A stretch of DNA of 63,333 nucleotides, filler included, from Chthonomonadaceae bacterium (GTDB taxonomy: Bacteria > Armatimonadota > Chthonomonadetes > Chthonomonadales > Chthonomonadaceae): assembly GCA_035650735.1 (NCBI GenBank). It is 5 parts of 5 records of this genome, joined end to end, with 100 filler letters (N's around TTAATTAATTAA, not from the genome) between each part and the next. Parts side by side here need not be neighbours in the genome. Positions count along the whole stretch, not along the records: positions 12,714 to 39,216 come from DASRGZ010000046.1; positions 39,317 to 43,492 come from DASRGZ010000047.1; positions 43,593 to 63,333 come from DASRGZ010000057.1; 2 more parts are not named here. The stretch is one strand, 5' to 3'. The position numbers and the translations under genes are program-made. The stretch's first letter is position 1. Every line of letters begins with the position of its first letter. The notes under the pieces are model-generated. The model saw only the letters and a program-made list of their open reading frames with translations, was not told where the DNA came from and ran no database searches. Below, in pieces: positions 39,104 to 48,966 of this stretch.

Positions 39104-39216
39104 ATGGGATTGCAGATCAACACCAACGTGTCCGCCCTGGGCGCCCTGCACAACCTGCAAAACGTCAGCAACGCCGTCAGCAGCAGCATTGAGAAACTCT
39201 CGACCGGACTGCGCAT
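39104..39216 (+). CDS. fliC: Flagellin N-terminus, 3' partial
   Basis: GGAGGA RBS; MGLQINTNVSALGALHNLQNVSNAVSSSIEKLSTGLR; cut by the gap. Confidence 0.9.
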
Positions 39217-39316
39217 NNNNNNNNNNNNNNNNNNNNNNNNNNNNNNNNNNNNNNNNNNNNTTAATTAATTAANNNNNNNNNNNNNNNNNNNNNNNNNNNN
39301 NNNNNNNNNNNNNNNN
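39217..39316. other. Artificial contig spacer
   Basis: N run with TTAATTAATTAA. Confidence 0.99.
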
Positions 39317-39379
39317 GCCGGCCTGTTACTTATCTCGTATGCCGGCCATATCGGCGGCGTGCTTGTGTATGGGGAGTAG
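39317..39379 (+). CDS. C-terminal fragment of a membrane protein (DUF2231-like)
   Basis: AGLLLISYAGHIGGVLVYGE then stop. Confidence 0.45.
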   Translation, partial: AGLLLISYAGHIGGVLVYGE

Positions 39380-39448
39380 TCAAGTACGGCGAACCGGATA
39401 TTTACCGAATCAGGCCGTCAATGCGAATTACACCTGGGAAGAATCACC

Positions 39449-40618
39449 ATGGCGCCGAGCACTTTCCATCCTGATATTAAGCAGATTCTGGAGGATTTGA
39501 GCGATCCAGCCGCCTATTCTCATCCCGTCGTTAGCGTCCGGACCATTCAAACCCATGTCTCTTGCGTCTTTCTGACAGGCGACTATGCCTACAAGGTCAA
39601 GAAGCCGGTAGATTTCGGCTTTTTGAACTACAGTACGCTGGAATTGCGCAAGCACTACTGCGGGCAAGAACTCCTGTTGAACAGACGCTTGTGCCCGGAA
39701 ATCTACCTAGAAATCGTGCCCTTAACGCTAAGGGATGGACGAGTGTGCGTTGGTGGTGAGGGCGTGCCCGTAGAATGGGCGGTTCGTATGCGCCAACTGC
39801 AGGACCGGGCGATGCTCTCCGCATGCCTGGTGGATGCCTATGAGCGTGCGACAGAAGACCGGAGCCTCCGGGACGTATTGCCGTTTTATCAAGCCTACCG
39901 TGCCTGCGTGCGCGGCAACATCGCTCTGCTTGCAGCCGCCGAGACAGAGGTTCCCGCCTCCGAACGCCAGAGGCAGCGAGAGATCGCAGAAGCCGCCTAT
40001 GATATAGCCTGGTGCTATAGCAGACGACATCAGAGGCCAGCGCTGCTAATTACGGTGGGGTTCTCTGGATCGGGCAAATCGCTGCTGGCGCGGGAACTCT
40101 GCCGACGTCTGCCCGCCGTGCTGATCTCGTCAGATACGGTGCGCAAAGAACTGGCCGGGGTTGCCCTTACGGCACGGCTCAAAGCGGAGCACTATACCGT
40201 TTCGCAGCGTGGTGTGGTGTATGAGGAGATACGGCGCAGAGCGTACAGGCATCTCCAGCGCGGCGAGCATGTCCTCCTGGATGCGACCTTTCTCTCGGCA
40301 CGAGAGCGCAATGCGGTTTCAGAACTGGCTCAGAAGTATGGGGCGGAGTTCTGGCTGCTCGAATGTCGGTGCCCCGACCCGATAATACGACAGCGGCTTC
40401 GGTCACGCAGCGCGCACCCCGGCGCCTCCGATGCAGACTTAGCGGTGTATGAGAAGCAGCGCCTCTGCCAGGAGCCGGTCGTGCCGCCGGCATTCGTGGA
40501 CCAGGAGCGCAGCAGGCATCTCATCGTTCACACCGATCAGCCAGTGGGCGCTGCCGCGCATACGGTCGTCACCCACTTCAACGCAATAACGGGGTTCCCC
40601 GCTAGAGCCGCGCTATAG
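39449..40618 (+). CDS. APH-like kinase/AAA_33 bifunctional protein with apparent in-frame deletion of the kinase core
   Basis: QTHVSCVFL…YKVKKPVDFGFLNYSTL…LNRRL; YQAYRACVRG; P-loop GFSGSGKS, LDATF, SDAD. No HGDLH or DCIEF motifs. Confidence 0.8.
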   Translation: MAPSTFHPDIKQILEDLSDPAAYSHPVVSVRTIQTHVSCVFLTGDYAYKVKKPVDFGFLNYSTLELRKHYCGQELLLNRRLCPEIYLEIVPLTLRDGRVCVGGEGVPVEWAVRMRQLQDRAMLSACLVDAYERATEDRSLRDVLPFYQAYRACVRGNIALLAAAETEVPASERQRQREIAEAAYDIAWCYSRRHQRPALLITVGFSGSGKSLLARELCRRLPAVLISSDTVRKELAGVALTARLKAEHYTVSQRGVVYEEIRRRAYRHLQRGEHVLLDATFLSARERNAVSELAQKYGAEFWLLECRCPDPIIRQRLRSRSAHPGASDADLAVYEKQRLCQEPVVPPAFVDQERSRHLIVHTDQPVGAAAHTVVTHFNAITGFPARAAL

Positions 40619-40671
40619 TTTCTGCCACTCAGATTTGCCGGATGTGAACTCGGCAGGAGACGAGAGTTATC

Positions 40672-41406
40672 ATGAGCAGATTGATGCAAGAGATGTGCGC
40701 GAACGGTCTGGTCCTCACCGACGGCGCGTGGGGAACGCAGTTACAGGTACGCGGCCTGCTCGTCGGGGAATACCCGGAAATCTGGAATCTGCTGCGGCCG
40801 GATTACGTGGAAGCCGTGGCTCATGCCTATGTAGAGGCGGGCAGCCAGGTCATCCTGACCAATACCTTTGGGGCCAATTCCCTGACTCTGGCCCGGCACG
40901 ACCTGGCCGACCGGACAGCCGAGATCAACCGCAAAGGCGTGGAAATATCCCGATGCGCCGCCAACGGGCAGGCGAAAGTCTTTGCTTTGATGGGACCGAC
41001 CGGGCAGGTGCTGGGGAGGGGCGTGGTTTCGCAAGCGCAGGTATTCTTCGCCTTCAGAGAGCAGGCAGAGGCGCTGGCGGAAGGCGGGGCGGATGCCATC
41101 GTGATCGAGACTATGAGCGATCTGGCGGAGGCGGAACTGGCAGTGGCAGCAGCCCGCACGACTGGCCTGCCTGTCATTGCCGGCATGGTCTACGGCGCAG
41201 GCCGCAACGGCGACCGCACGATAATGGGTGTTACCCCGGAGCAGGCCGCGGAAAGATTGGCTGCTGCCGGAGCGGACGGGATAGGCGCCAACTGCGGAGA
41301 GAGCGCGGCGAGGCTGCTGCCGATCTGTGTGCGGCTGCGCGCCGCCACGTCTCTGCCTCTCTGGCTCAAGCCCGATGCCGGACGCCCACACCTGTTAGAA
41401 ACTTGA
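40672..41406 (+). pseudogene. Homocysteine S-methyltransferase domain protein truncated at the ISL3 junction
   Basis: DGAWGT, TNTFGAN, IETMSD, GANC, KPDAG; the C-terminal GGCCG Zn ligands are missing. Confidence 0.8.
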
Positions 41407-43089
41407 GGCGGTTGTTGCTTCCCTCAACGGCCCCGTTGCTCCAGGGCAACGACAATCCGGCTTCGACAGCCGCCTGATCTTGCTTGAGACTGAGCGCGAA
41501 ACCGCGCAAGGGAGCGTTCTCGCTGGACAGGGCATCTTGCAGCCATTGACGAAGGGCTTCAGCCTGATCGGTTCGCGGACTCTGGCGGATCATTGCCAGA
41601 AAGCGTTGCGCCAGTCCGAAAGCGGCACGGAAGGGTTCACACACTTCGGACAGACGGTCCAGAAGGGCTTGCTGGCATTCTGTGCGCTCGGTCTCTCGAC
41701 GCAGTGTCCACATCGCCACTTGCCTCTGCGAGACTTTCTCGCGGGCAGGTGCGTTGGTGGAAGGCTGACGCAACGTATGCAGGTATTCCCGCACCAGCGT
41801 ATGTCGGCCCTGGTAGCCGCGTTCCTGGATCTCCTTGTAGAGCGCGGCGGCATTATGACAGCCTTTCTGCCAGCGCTGCTGCAAATAGGCGGTGAAAGCA
41901 TCTATTCGGCAGGGATGCGGGGCGCGCTCTTTGCGTTCCGGGAACGTGGTCGCATAGGCAAAGGTACGCACGGTTTTGGGCGACAAGTCCAGATGGCGAG
42001 CGATGGCGCTGATGTTCCAGCCTTGAGCAAAGAGGGCGCGCACTTCCTGATAGCGTTCGAGCCGACATTGACGCCGACAGAACTTTTCCTGAGCCAGACG
42101 CGCTTGCTGGTGGCTCAGCGGGATAATGGGCGGCGGAACGGAGAGAGACGAACGCTCATTTTCTGTTCCCTCGGTTTCGGCGGGAGTGGGAGGAGCCGTC
42201 GCCTGTTTGAGCAAGGTGCGCTTGTCTTCCAGCAACCGTTCCAGCGCCTGCCCCAGGTTCTTGACCAGATGCCATCTGTCTGTCACCTGCTTGGCCTCGG
42301 GAGCGCCCTGACGGATGCCGCTGGCGTAGGCTTCGGCGCGGTCGCGGCTGACAATCTCGACACCAGGATGCGTCTTGAGCCAGTCGGCCAGGGTTTCGGG
42401 CGTTCGGTCAGGCAGCAAATCCACCACGCAATGGTGTTCCAGATCGTAGAGGATCGTACCATAGCGATGGCCGCGTCGAAACGCCCAATCGTCTACGCCC
42501 AGTACGCGCGGAGTGGCAAAGTCAGGAGGCGATGCAGTGCGTTCCAGGCGTAACAGCGTGGTGGCGCTGGCGGGCATCCGCAGATGACAGCCCAGGCGCA
42601 CTCCGGACGACTGCCCACGGCCTGCGCGATCCGGGTCTGGGCCTGTTTGAGTCGGTTGGTTCGCTGCGCATAGGCCATCGTGAGTTGCGGCAGCCGTTCA
42701 CAGAAGAGGCGACGCGGACACATTGCATTGCCACAGAAGAAGCGGCGCGCACTAATTTTCAACGAGACTTCCAGTTCTCCGCAGGGCAGATCGGCCAGCG
42801 TGCGCCAATAGCGGCTATGCACCCGACGCGAAGGCACTTGACACAAGGGGCAAGCCGCAGACCGCGAAACACTTACCAGGATAAAACAGGCCGGTTCATT
42901 AGGGTCCAGTTCTTCCGTGCGAAGCAGACGTACGCCCGTAGGAAGTGGGATAGAGAGAGCCATTTTGCCCCTCCCGAAGTAGGTAGATTTACTTCGAGAG
43001 TTCAGAGAGCAAAGAGGATTTTCCCACAATGGCGTTTCCAGAAAACGCTCAAGCGAGCGGGCGGGCGTCATCAAACCTGGCGCAGAGCC
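41394..43089 (-). mobile_element. ISL3-family insertion sequence, frameshifted and 3'-truncated (transposase starts at 42963)
   Basis: CPLC…HSRYWRTLADLP…RRFFC…C zinc finger; GVDDWAFRRGHRYGT, VSRDR…Y, DRWHL, WSNGAVEG. Frameshift near 42600. Candidate left end GGCTCTGCGCCAGGTTTGATGA at 43068-43089. Confidence 0.9.
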
Positions 43090-43199
43090 AGGAAAATTCC
43101 AAATTTGCCAATCATTTTTATCCCAAATGTGGAACCGGATACCCCAGGGAGGAGGCATCCGGTTTCTTCTATTCGTTTCCCTGCTCAGAGCCATCGGCG

Positions 43200-43492
43200 C
43201 TAAGCGCGGCGGCGGAAGCGTGTGGTAATGCGCCCGACGCCGTTTCTGAGACGGCCCCAGAGCGAGGTAGTCAGGATGTCGTCGAAGATCGAATAGAAGA
43301 CCGGCGTCGCCAGCAAGGTCAGCAGCAGCGAGAGCGTCTGCCCGCCGATGACCGTAAAGCCAATGCTGCGGTTGGTCGCCGCGCCCGTGCCGCTGGAGAG
43401 GACCAGCGGGATCATGCCCGCGACAAAGGCAATCGTGGTCATCAGAATGGGGCGCAGGCGGTCCCGGTTGGCCGTGATGATGGCATCGTAGC
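43200..43492 (-). CDS. RND efflux transporter (AcrB-like) C-terminus, 5' partial
   Basis: [19 protein letters not shown]…VIGG…[11 protein letters not shown]. Confidence 0.9.
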
Positions 43493-43592
43493 NNNNNNNN
43501 NNNNNNNNNNNNNNNNNNNNNNNNNNNNNNNNNNNNTTAATTAATTAANNNNNNNNNNNNNNNNNNNNNNNNNNNNNNNNNNNNNNNNNNNN
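43493..43592. other. Artificial contig spacer
   Basis: N run with TTAATTAATTAA. Confidence 0.99.
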
Positions 43593-43852
43593 AGGATCAC
43601 GCCGATCCCCGGCAGGGCAATCGGAGCCAGGCCGATCAGCAGTCCCGCCAGCCCTCCGATCACGGCGCCTGCCTCGGCGCCTTTAGTGGTTCCACTGGCG
43701 ACAATGTTCTGCCTGCCGTCGGGCAGCCCTGCCGTATCCGCTTTTGTTACCACGCTGATGTCCTCACGCCGAAGGCCCATGATCTCCAGTTCCCGCACGA
43801 CGGCTTGCGCGTCCTGCAGATCATCGAAAAGACCAACCACCGTCTTTGCCAT
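43593..43852 (-). CDS. General stress protein (YflT-like with glycine zipper), 3' partial
   Basis: MAKTVVGLFDD…EDISVV…GAVIGGLAGLLIGL…PGIG; GAGGAG RBS. Confidence 0.8.
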
Positions 43853-44344
43853 ATCCGCATCTCCTCATGCGCTGCCTGGCTTTCCCTGCCCTCTGAACAC
43901 AAGCGACGTTCCCACAGCCGGGACTGCCGCCGGCAGTGCCCCGAATAGGAAACCCTAACCCTAAACACAAACGCTGTTTGCGCAGCCGGCTGTTGAGTGG
44001 CGAACCTGTTTTCATGGCCGGAAAGCGCCCTCACTTGTGTATACGGAGTCAGGCACGAAACCTTTCCTCTTGGCAGGCATTACACTGGCATAGACGAATG
44101 CACACTTTCTGGGGTTCAATAAGTTGGAGTGGCTGGCGCCGGTCGGCTGCATGGAAAAAGGCCGACCGACCTTTCAGAGTAGGAAAAGAGCGAAAGAGGC
44201 CAAAAATCCGCTTTCCGTGACCGACCTGCCGCGCAGGGTAGGGGAAAGAAGGGAACGCTGCGCTCAACGGCAGGAATCGCGGTTATTGCTAGCGAACCAT
44301 ATCCGGGCACAGGTCTGACTGTGTCACTCGCGCGGAGGGAAGCC

Positions 44345-44857
44345 ATGAAAGCACGATTCGCTATGGGCCTGGCGGCGCTGGCCCTCGTTGGGGTTGGAGC
44401 AGCCCGGGCCGACGACTACGCCCTCAAAAAGGAGCTGCAGGGGCAGTATGGCAAACTGGCGGGCGCCATCTTGAGGAAAGATTTCCAGGCCGTCCGGCAG
44501 ATGGTCACTCCGGATGCTTCCTGGAAGCTGCTGGATGGGAAAAAGCGGGACCTCAAACAGATGGAGGGCGTATACCGGCGTAGAGTGGCCGCGCTCAAGC
44601 CCGGCATTCAATTTACGGTCAGCATCAGCCGGATGACGCCGCAGGGCAAAGAGGAGCAGGTGGAATGCACCCACGTATTTGCCGGGTTTAAGACCGATGG
44701 GAAAGGTAAGACCCACCATCTCTTTGAAGGCAGCGCCTGGCGGGATCTCTGGACCAAAACCGCCCACGGCTGGAAGCTGAAGCGCTCTGAACAGGTCAAT
44801 CAGAGACAATCGGTGGACGGCAAGCCCGTTACCACGCCCGTCCTTCCATCCACCTAA
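44345..44857 (+). CDS. Secreted NTF2-like (DUF4440/SnoaL) protein
   Basis: Signal peptide ending ARA; RKDFQAV…TPD…RDLWTKTAHGWKL. Confidence 0.75.
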   Translation: MKARFAMGLAALALVGVGAARADDYALKKELQGQYGKLAGAILRKDFQAVRQMVTPDASWKLLDGKKRDLKQMEGVYRRRVAALKPGIQFTVSISRMTPQGKEEQVECTHVFAGFKTDGKGKTHHLFEGSAWRDLWTKTAHGWKLKRSEQVNQRQSVDGKPVTTPVLPST

Positions 44858-45107
44858 CAGGGCGCCGATGTGCGGTTCCACAGTGACCTCAACCGCCGAT
44901 GCACGCCAATAGAGGCCGAGGAAAATGCCGATCCTCTGCATCTATCCGCGCATCGGCGGCTCTTTTTGCGGCGAATCAAACGAGGGAAGCCGGCTCAACT
45001 GACCAGCTTCCCTTCCATTAAGGAGGAAGCCTGCTCGCCTCACCGAGGGAAGGAAGGTTCCCACGTTTTCGCCAATTAGCCGTCATTAAGGAGGAAGCCT
45101 GCTCGCC

Positions 45108-47471
45108 TCACCGGGCCTGGATGGAAGCCAGCAGCATCCCGTTGAGCGCCGTCATGGAGGGCAGTTGACCCTGCGCTTTCAGGCGCGCGACGAACGCCTG
45201 CAACTCCTTGCGTGCGTCCGCGTTCTTTGGGTCCAGCGTCAGGCACATCTGGTACTGGTTGATAGCCTTAGCGTTCTGGCTCCCTTGGGCATAGAGCCGC
45301 GCCAATTTCAGGCGGAGAGCCGGGTCTTTCAAGCGGTTGTGCGCGGCCACTTCCGTATCGTAGAGCGTCGTATTATAGTCGCTGATGCTTTGGAAGATTG
45401 TCCGGCTGGAGGCAGCGCGCTTACGGTCCCCAAGTCGGTCGTAGGCGCGCGCCAGGTGGTACCAGGCCGGCGCCAGGTTCGGCGCGCGCATGACCGCTGC
45501 TTCCAGGTAGGCGGTGGCCTGCCGGGCATCGCCCCGGTTGAGGGCGATGCGACCCAGGCCCATGAGCGCCTCGGGATTGTTGGCGTACGCGGCTGCCGAT
45601 TTTTGCAGCAGGCCCTCGGCCTCTCGCTGCCGTGCCGCCGTCGGTTGGTGATCGATCAGGAACAGGCCCAGCGCCAGCATTGTGGCGGGATCGTTGGGGG
45701 CACGCTGGAGCGCCTGGCGGTAGTGGGCTTGCGCTTCCGTGAGCTTGTGCGTGTGCGTTTCTCCCCGGGCCAGGTCGCGTAGGTAGTCCGCCCGGCCCGG
45801 CAGGAGCGCCACGGCGCGGCGGAAGGCGGCCTCTGCCTCGACGGTGCGCGCCTCATGCTGCGCGCAGGCCAATCCATAGGCGTGCCAGTATTTTGCGTTG
45901 TCGGGAGCCTCCTTGACCACATGCTCCATGCGATGGGCCGCCTCATCCACGAAACCGGCATCGAAGTAGAGCCGCGCCAGGGTAAATTCCGCTTCCGGCA
46001 GGTTGGGGCACAGGCGGATCGCGTGGGCGAGGGCCTGGAACGCCTCTTCCTTGTTGCCCTGCCCATCCAGCGCCACGCCCAGACCCTGATATGCCAACGC
46101 CGAATTGGGATCGCGGGCCAGCGCGTTGGCATAGGCGCGCTCGGCCTCGGCATAGCGTTTCTGCGCCAGCATGGCATCCGCATCCCGCAGCAGCGTCGCC
46201 AGGGCGAGGCGCGTGGGCGAGGCTTCCGGCGGCAGAGGCAGCGCGACCGCGTGGTGGACCACCTCGGGATGCCAGCGTTCGAGCGCGGCCAGCTCTTTCT
46301 GCGCGACTTCCAGCGCAGCGGCCCGGCCGATCAGGCGGCGGTATTCGCGCGCCGCCTCCGCATACTCGCCGTGCGCGGCGCAGAGGCGGGCCAGCTTCAG
46401 GCGCAATTGGGGATCGTTCTTCACCTGGTAGATGCTGCTGAGCAGGTTATACTTTTCGGTGCGGTAGGCTTGCGCCTGGACGTGGAGGCGTGTCTCGCGG
46501 GCCGCATCGGCGGTGTCGCCCAGGCGCAGGTAGACCCGGCGCAGGCTGAAATGGATCTCCGGGTCGGCAGGGGCCAGGCGCTCGGCATTTTGCAGGATTT
46601 GCCGGGCTTCCTGCCAGCGCCCCGCACGCAGGTATGCCTGGCCGAGGGCGAGCAGGGCCGGGGCGGCATTCGGGTTCAGGGCGACGGCACGCGCCAGCGT
46701 CTGCCGTGCGCCCTCCAGATCGGAAGGATTGGCGGCGCGTTTAAGCTGCGCGCGTCCCAGCGCCAGAACGGTCGCGGCCTGGTCCGGGGCCAGGGCTGCC
46801 GCCTTCTCGTAACAGGCCAGCGCCTCGCCCTCACGGCGTGCCTCGGTGAGCGCGTTCCCGAGGGCCAACTGGGCGCGCCAGTCCCTAGGATCGTGGGCCA
46901 GGGCTTGCCGCAGGGCGGATTCCGCCTCTGGGTACTTGTTCAGCGCCAGGGCTTCGACGCCCGCCAGCCTCCACGCGGCGGCGTTCCCGAAGTTGATCCT
47001 GGCTGCCGCCAGGGCCTCCTCATAGGCGCGCTGCAGGGCATCCTCCTCGTGATAGAAGAGGGCCAGAGCAAAGTGCGCGCGTTCGCTACGCGGGTGGGTC
47101 TTGAGGAACTGCGTGAGGGTGGCGAAGGCTTCCTGGTCGCTGCCGAGCGCGCCCGCCATAGCGGCCCAGGCCAGCCAGGAGTCTTCGTCGTCACCGTCGA
47201 GGGTGGCGGCGCGGGCGAAGGCGGCGCGCGCCGGGCCAATCTGGCCGAAGGTTTGCAGGCGCAGGCCCAGGTGATAGAAGACGCGTGGGTTGTTCGGCTC
47301 GCGTTTGGAGGCGGCAATCAGCGTGTCAAATGAGGCGCTGCGCAGGGCGCGCTCGGCGCGGATCGGGGCCGTCCAGAGGTAGGCGGCGACGGCAAGAAGC
47401 AGCGGCAGCGCCAGGAGTTCGAGCCGCCGCGCGGCGCAGCGATTTTGCCAGAAGCGGGTCAGGTGTTTCAT
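45108..47471 (-). CDS. Membrane-anchored multi-TPR protein
   Basis: N-terminal TM helix, many TPR motifs, two RLKLARL half-repeats. Confidence 0.88.
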   Translation of the reverse strand: MKHLTRFWQNRCAARRLELLALPLLLAVAAYLWTAPIRAERALRSASFDTLIAASKREPNNPRVFYHLGLRLQTFGQIGPARAAFARAATLDGDDEDSWLAWAAMAGALGSDQEAFATLTQFLKTHPRSERAHFALALFYHEEDALQRAYEEALAAARINFGNAAAWRLAGVEALALNKYPEAESALRQALAHDPRDWRAQLALGNALTEARREGEALACYEKAAALAPDQAATVLALGRAQLKRAANPSDLEGARQTLARAVALNPNAAPALLALGQAYLRAGRWQEARQILQNAERLAPADPEIHFSLRRVYLRLGDTADAARETRLHVQAQAYRTEKYNLLSSIYQVKNDPQLRLKLARLCAAHGEYAEAAREYRRLIGRAAALEVAQKELAALERWHPEVVHHAVALPLPPEASPTRLALATLLRDADAMLAQKRYAEAERAYANALARDPNSALAYQGLGVALDGQGNKEEAFQALAHAIRLCPNLPEAEFTLARLYFDAGFVDEAAHRMEHVVKEAPDNAKYWHAYGLACAQHEARTVEAEAAFRRAVALLPGRADYLRDLARGETHTHKLTEAQAHYRQALQRAPNDPATMLALGLFLIDHQPTAARQREAEGLLQKSAAAYANNPEALMGLGRIALNRGDARQATAYLEAAVMRAPNLAPAWYHLARAYDRLGDRKRAASSRTIFQSISDYNTTLYDTEVAAHNRLKDPALRLKLARLYAQGSQNAKAINQYQMCLTLDPKNADARKELQAFVARLKAQGQLPSMTALNGMLLASIQAR

Positions 47472-47545
47472 GATTGAGAGAAGCGCAGGCCGGGCCGTAG
47501 GTCCCGGCCTGCCATCGTTCAAGCTTCTTGCGAAGGAGAGAGGAG

Positions 47546-47612
47546 AGACCTCACCCCTGCGGTCGGCCCTGAAGCGGCAGGCTAAACCCTGCCGCTATAG
47601 GGGGTTAGGTCT
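47546..47612. repeat. Composite palindromic element enclosing a family A REP
   Basis: AGACCTCACCCC…GCGGCAGGCTAAACCCTGCCGC…GGGGTTAGGTCT. Confidence 0.8.
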
Positions 47613-47617
47613 GGTGG

Positions 47618-48547
47618 TCACTGCCAGTTACCGTTACCGCCGAGCGGGTTATTCGGATTGTTACAGCCGTCCGCCTCGGCACCACGCTGCAGGGGGTCCA
47701 CGTGCTTAGCGAACTTGAGCGTGCTGCAAAGGATGGGCTGCCCGTTGCTATCGGTCATCTTGACATATTTGACATGGCCGTCGGTGAAGGCGACGATGCC
47801 GCCCCCGTTATAGAACGGGGCACCGAGGATGCGCACGCCCCAGGGGACATAGTTGGTGCCGGCCATCAGCCAGGTCTGGTAACCGGACATCGTCTGCTCC
47901 ATATGCCACTTATTGTGCGGGTCAGTGCTGCCGGTCCAGTCCGGCCCCTTAGCCTGGGCGCTGGAACTGTCCTTGAGCTTGGCCCAGCCGCAGTGCCCCT
48001 CGGAGAGCAGCACGCAGTCCGCTGGGGAGTTGACGGAGGCCAGAGAGAGGCCGGTGGAGTAGTGGACCTGGTTGGTCACGTCGCAGTAGCCCGCCGCCGT
48101 TGTGGGCATATCGTGGGAAAGCAGGTCGTTGATGAGCAGGCTCTCGTTGCCGTCGGTCATATGCATGTCCGGGCCCCAGGTGAAGTCAGGCTGGCTGGCA
48201 TCCCCCGGTGAGACGAAAATCCCGCCGTTCTTATGGTAGGGCGCGGTGACGTTCTGCCAGGAGGTGGCGCCGCAGGCGTTTTCCGCACCGGGAGGGATGC
48301 TGGGATCGTCGGCGTTGGTCTGGCACTCCCATCCGGCGCGCGGCCAGCGCTCATCATAATCCTGGACGTACATGTTAATGGCGAGAGCTACCTGCTTGGC
48401 GTTGCTGGTTCCCGCCGCCTGCCGCGCCTTGGAGCGCGCTTGGGCAAAGACCGGGAACAGGATGGCCGCCAGAATAGCGATAATGGCAATAACGACGAGC
48501 AACTCGATCAGGGTAAACCCGGGCTTTCGGGTCTTGCGGTAATGCAT
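47618..48547 (-). CDS. Prepilin-type N-terminal cleavage/methylation protein (DUF1559-like, H-X9-DG C-terminus)
   Basis: [29 protein letters not shown]…MYVQDYDE…[16 protein letters not shown]. Confidence 0.9.
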   Translation of the reverse strand: MHYRKTRKPGFTLIELLVVIAIIAILAAILFPVFAQARSKARQAAGTSNAKQVALAINMYVQDYDERWPRAGWECQTNADDPSIPPGAENACGATSWQNVTAPYHKNGGIFVSPGDASQPDFTWGPDMHMTDGNESLLINDLLSHDMPTTAAGYCDVTNQVHYSTGLSLASVNSPADCVLLSEGHCGWAKLKDSSSAQAKGPDWTGSTDPHNKWHMEQTMSGYQTWLMAGTNYVPWGVRILGAPFYNGGGIVAFTDGHVKYVKMTDSNGQPILCSTLKFAKHVDPLQRGAEADGCNNPNNPLGGNGNWQ

Positions 48548-48637
48548 GGTCGAACCTCCCATGAATTTGGACATGATGGTGCGTTCCAGGGTCGTGCCGC
48601 GTTGCGGCCAGGGATGGTAGCGCGAACGATAGCGCCG

Positions 48638-48940
48638 TTATTGCGGGTTGTTCGCGAAGCCTCGAAGTGCCATCTCGCCGCGTCCGCCGGTAATGCGTTG
48701 CAGCTTATCGTAATCTTCTTTGCTGAGCTTGCTGGGATCTCCGCCGCTCTCCTTCGCCTTCTGCTTTATCCAGTTATTGACGTCTTGCTCCTGTTTGGAC
48801 ATGGGCGGGGTTTTAGGCGGGGCGAGTAGGTTGGCATAGGCCAGCCAGGCAATAAACGCCAGCAGCGCGATGGCAGCCACAGCGATGATGATGGGCTTGG
48901 CCGGTTGCTGGGCCAGGGTCGGACCGGTTCCTCCAGCCAT
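48638..48940 (-). CDS. Small single-pass membrane protein
   Basis: AGGAGG RBS region; one TM helix and a short soluble domain. Confidence 0.7.
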   Translation of the reverse strand: MAGGTGPTLAQQPAKPIIIAVAAIALLAFIAWLAYANLLAPPKTPPMSKQEQDVNNWIKQKAKESGGDPSKLSKEDYDKLQRITGGRGEMALRGFANNPQ

Positions 48941-48966
48941 ATCCTTTCACCTCCTTTCGCATCAGT

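Noticed and set aside
6739..43592. Four TTAATTAATTAA motifs and ORFs running through them
   Set aside because: Artificial contig linkers; gene adjacency across them is meaningless.
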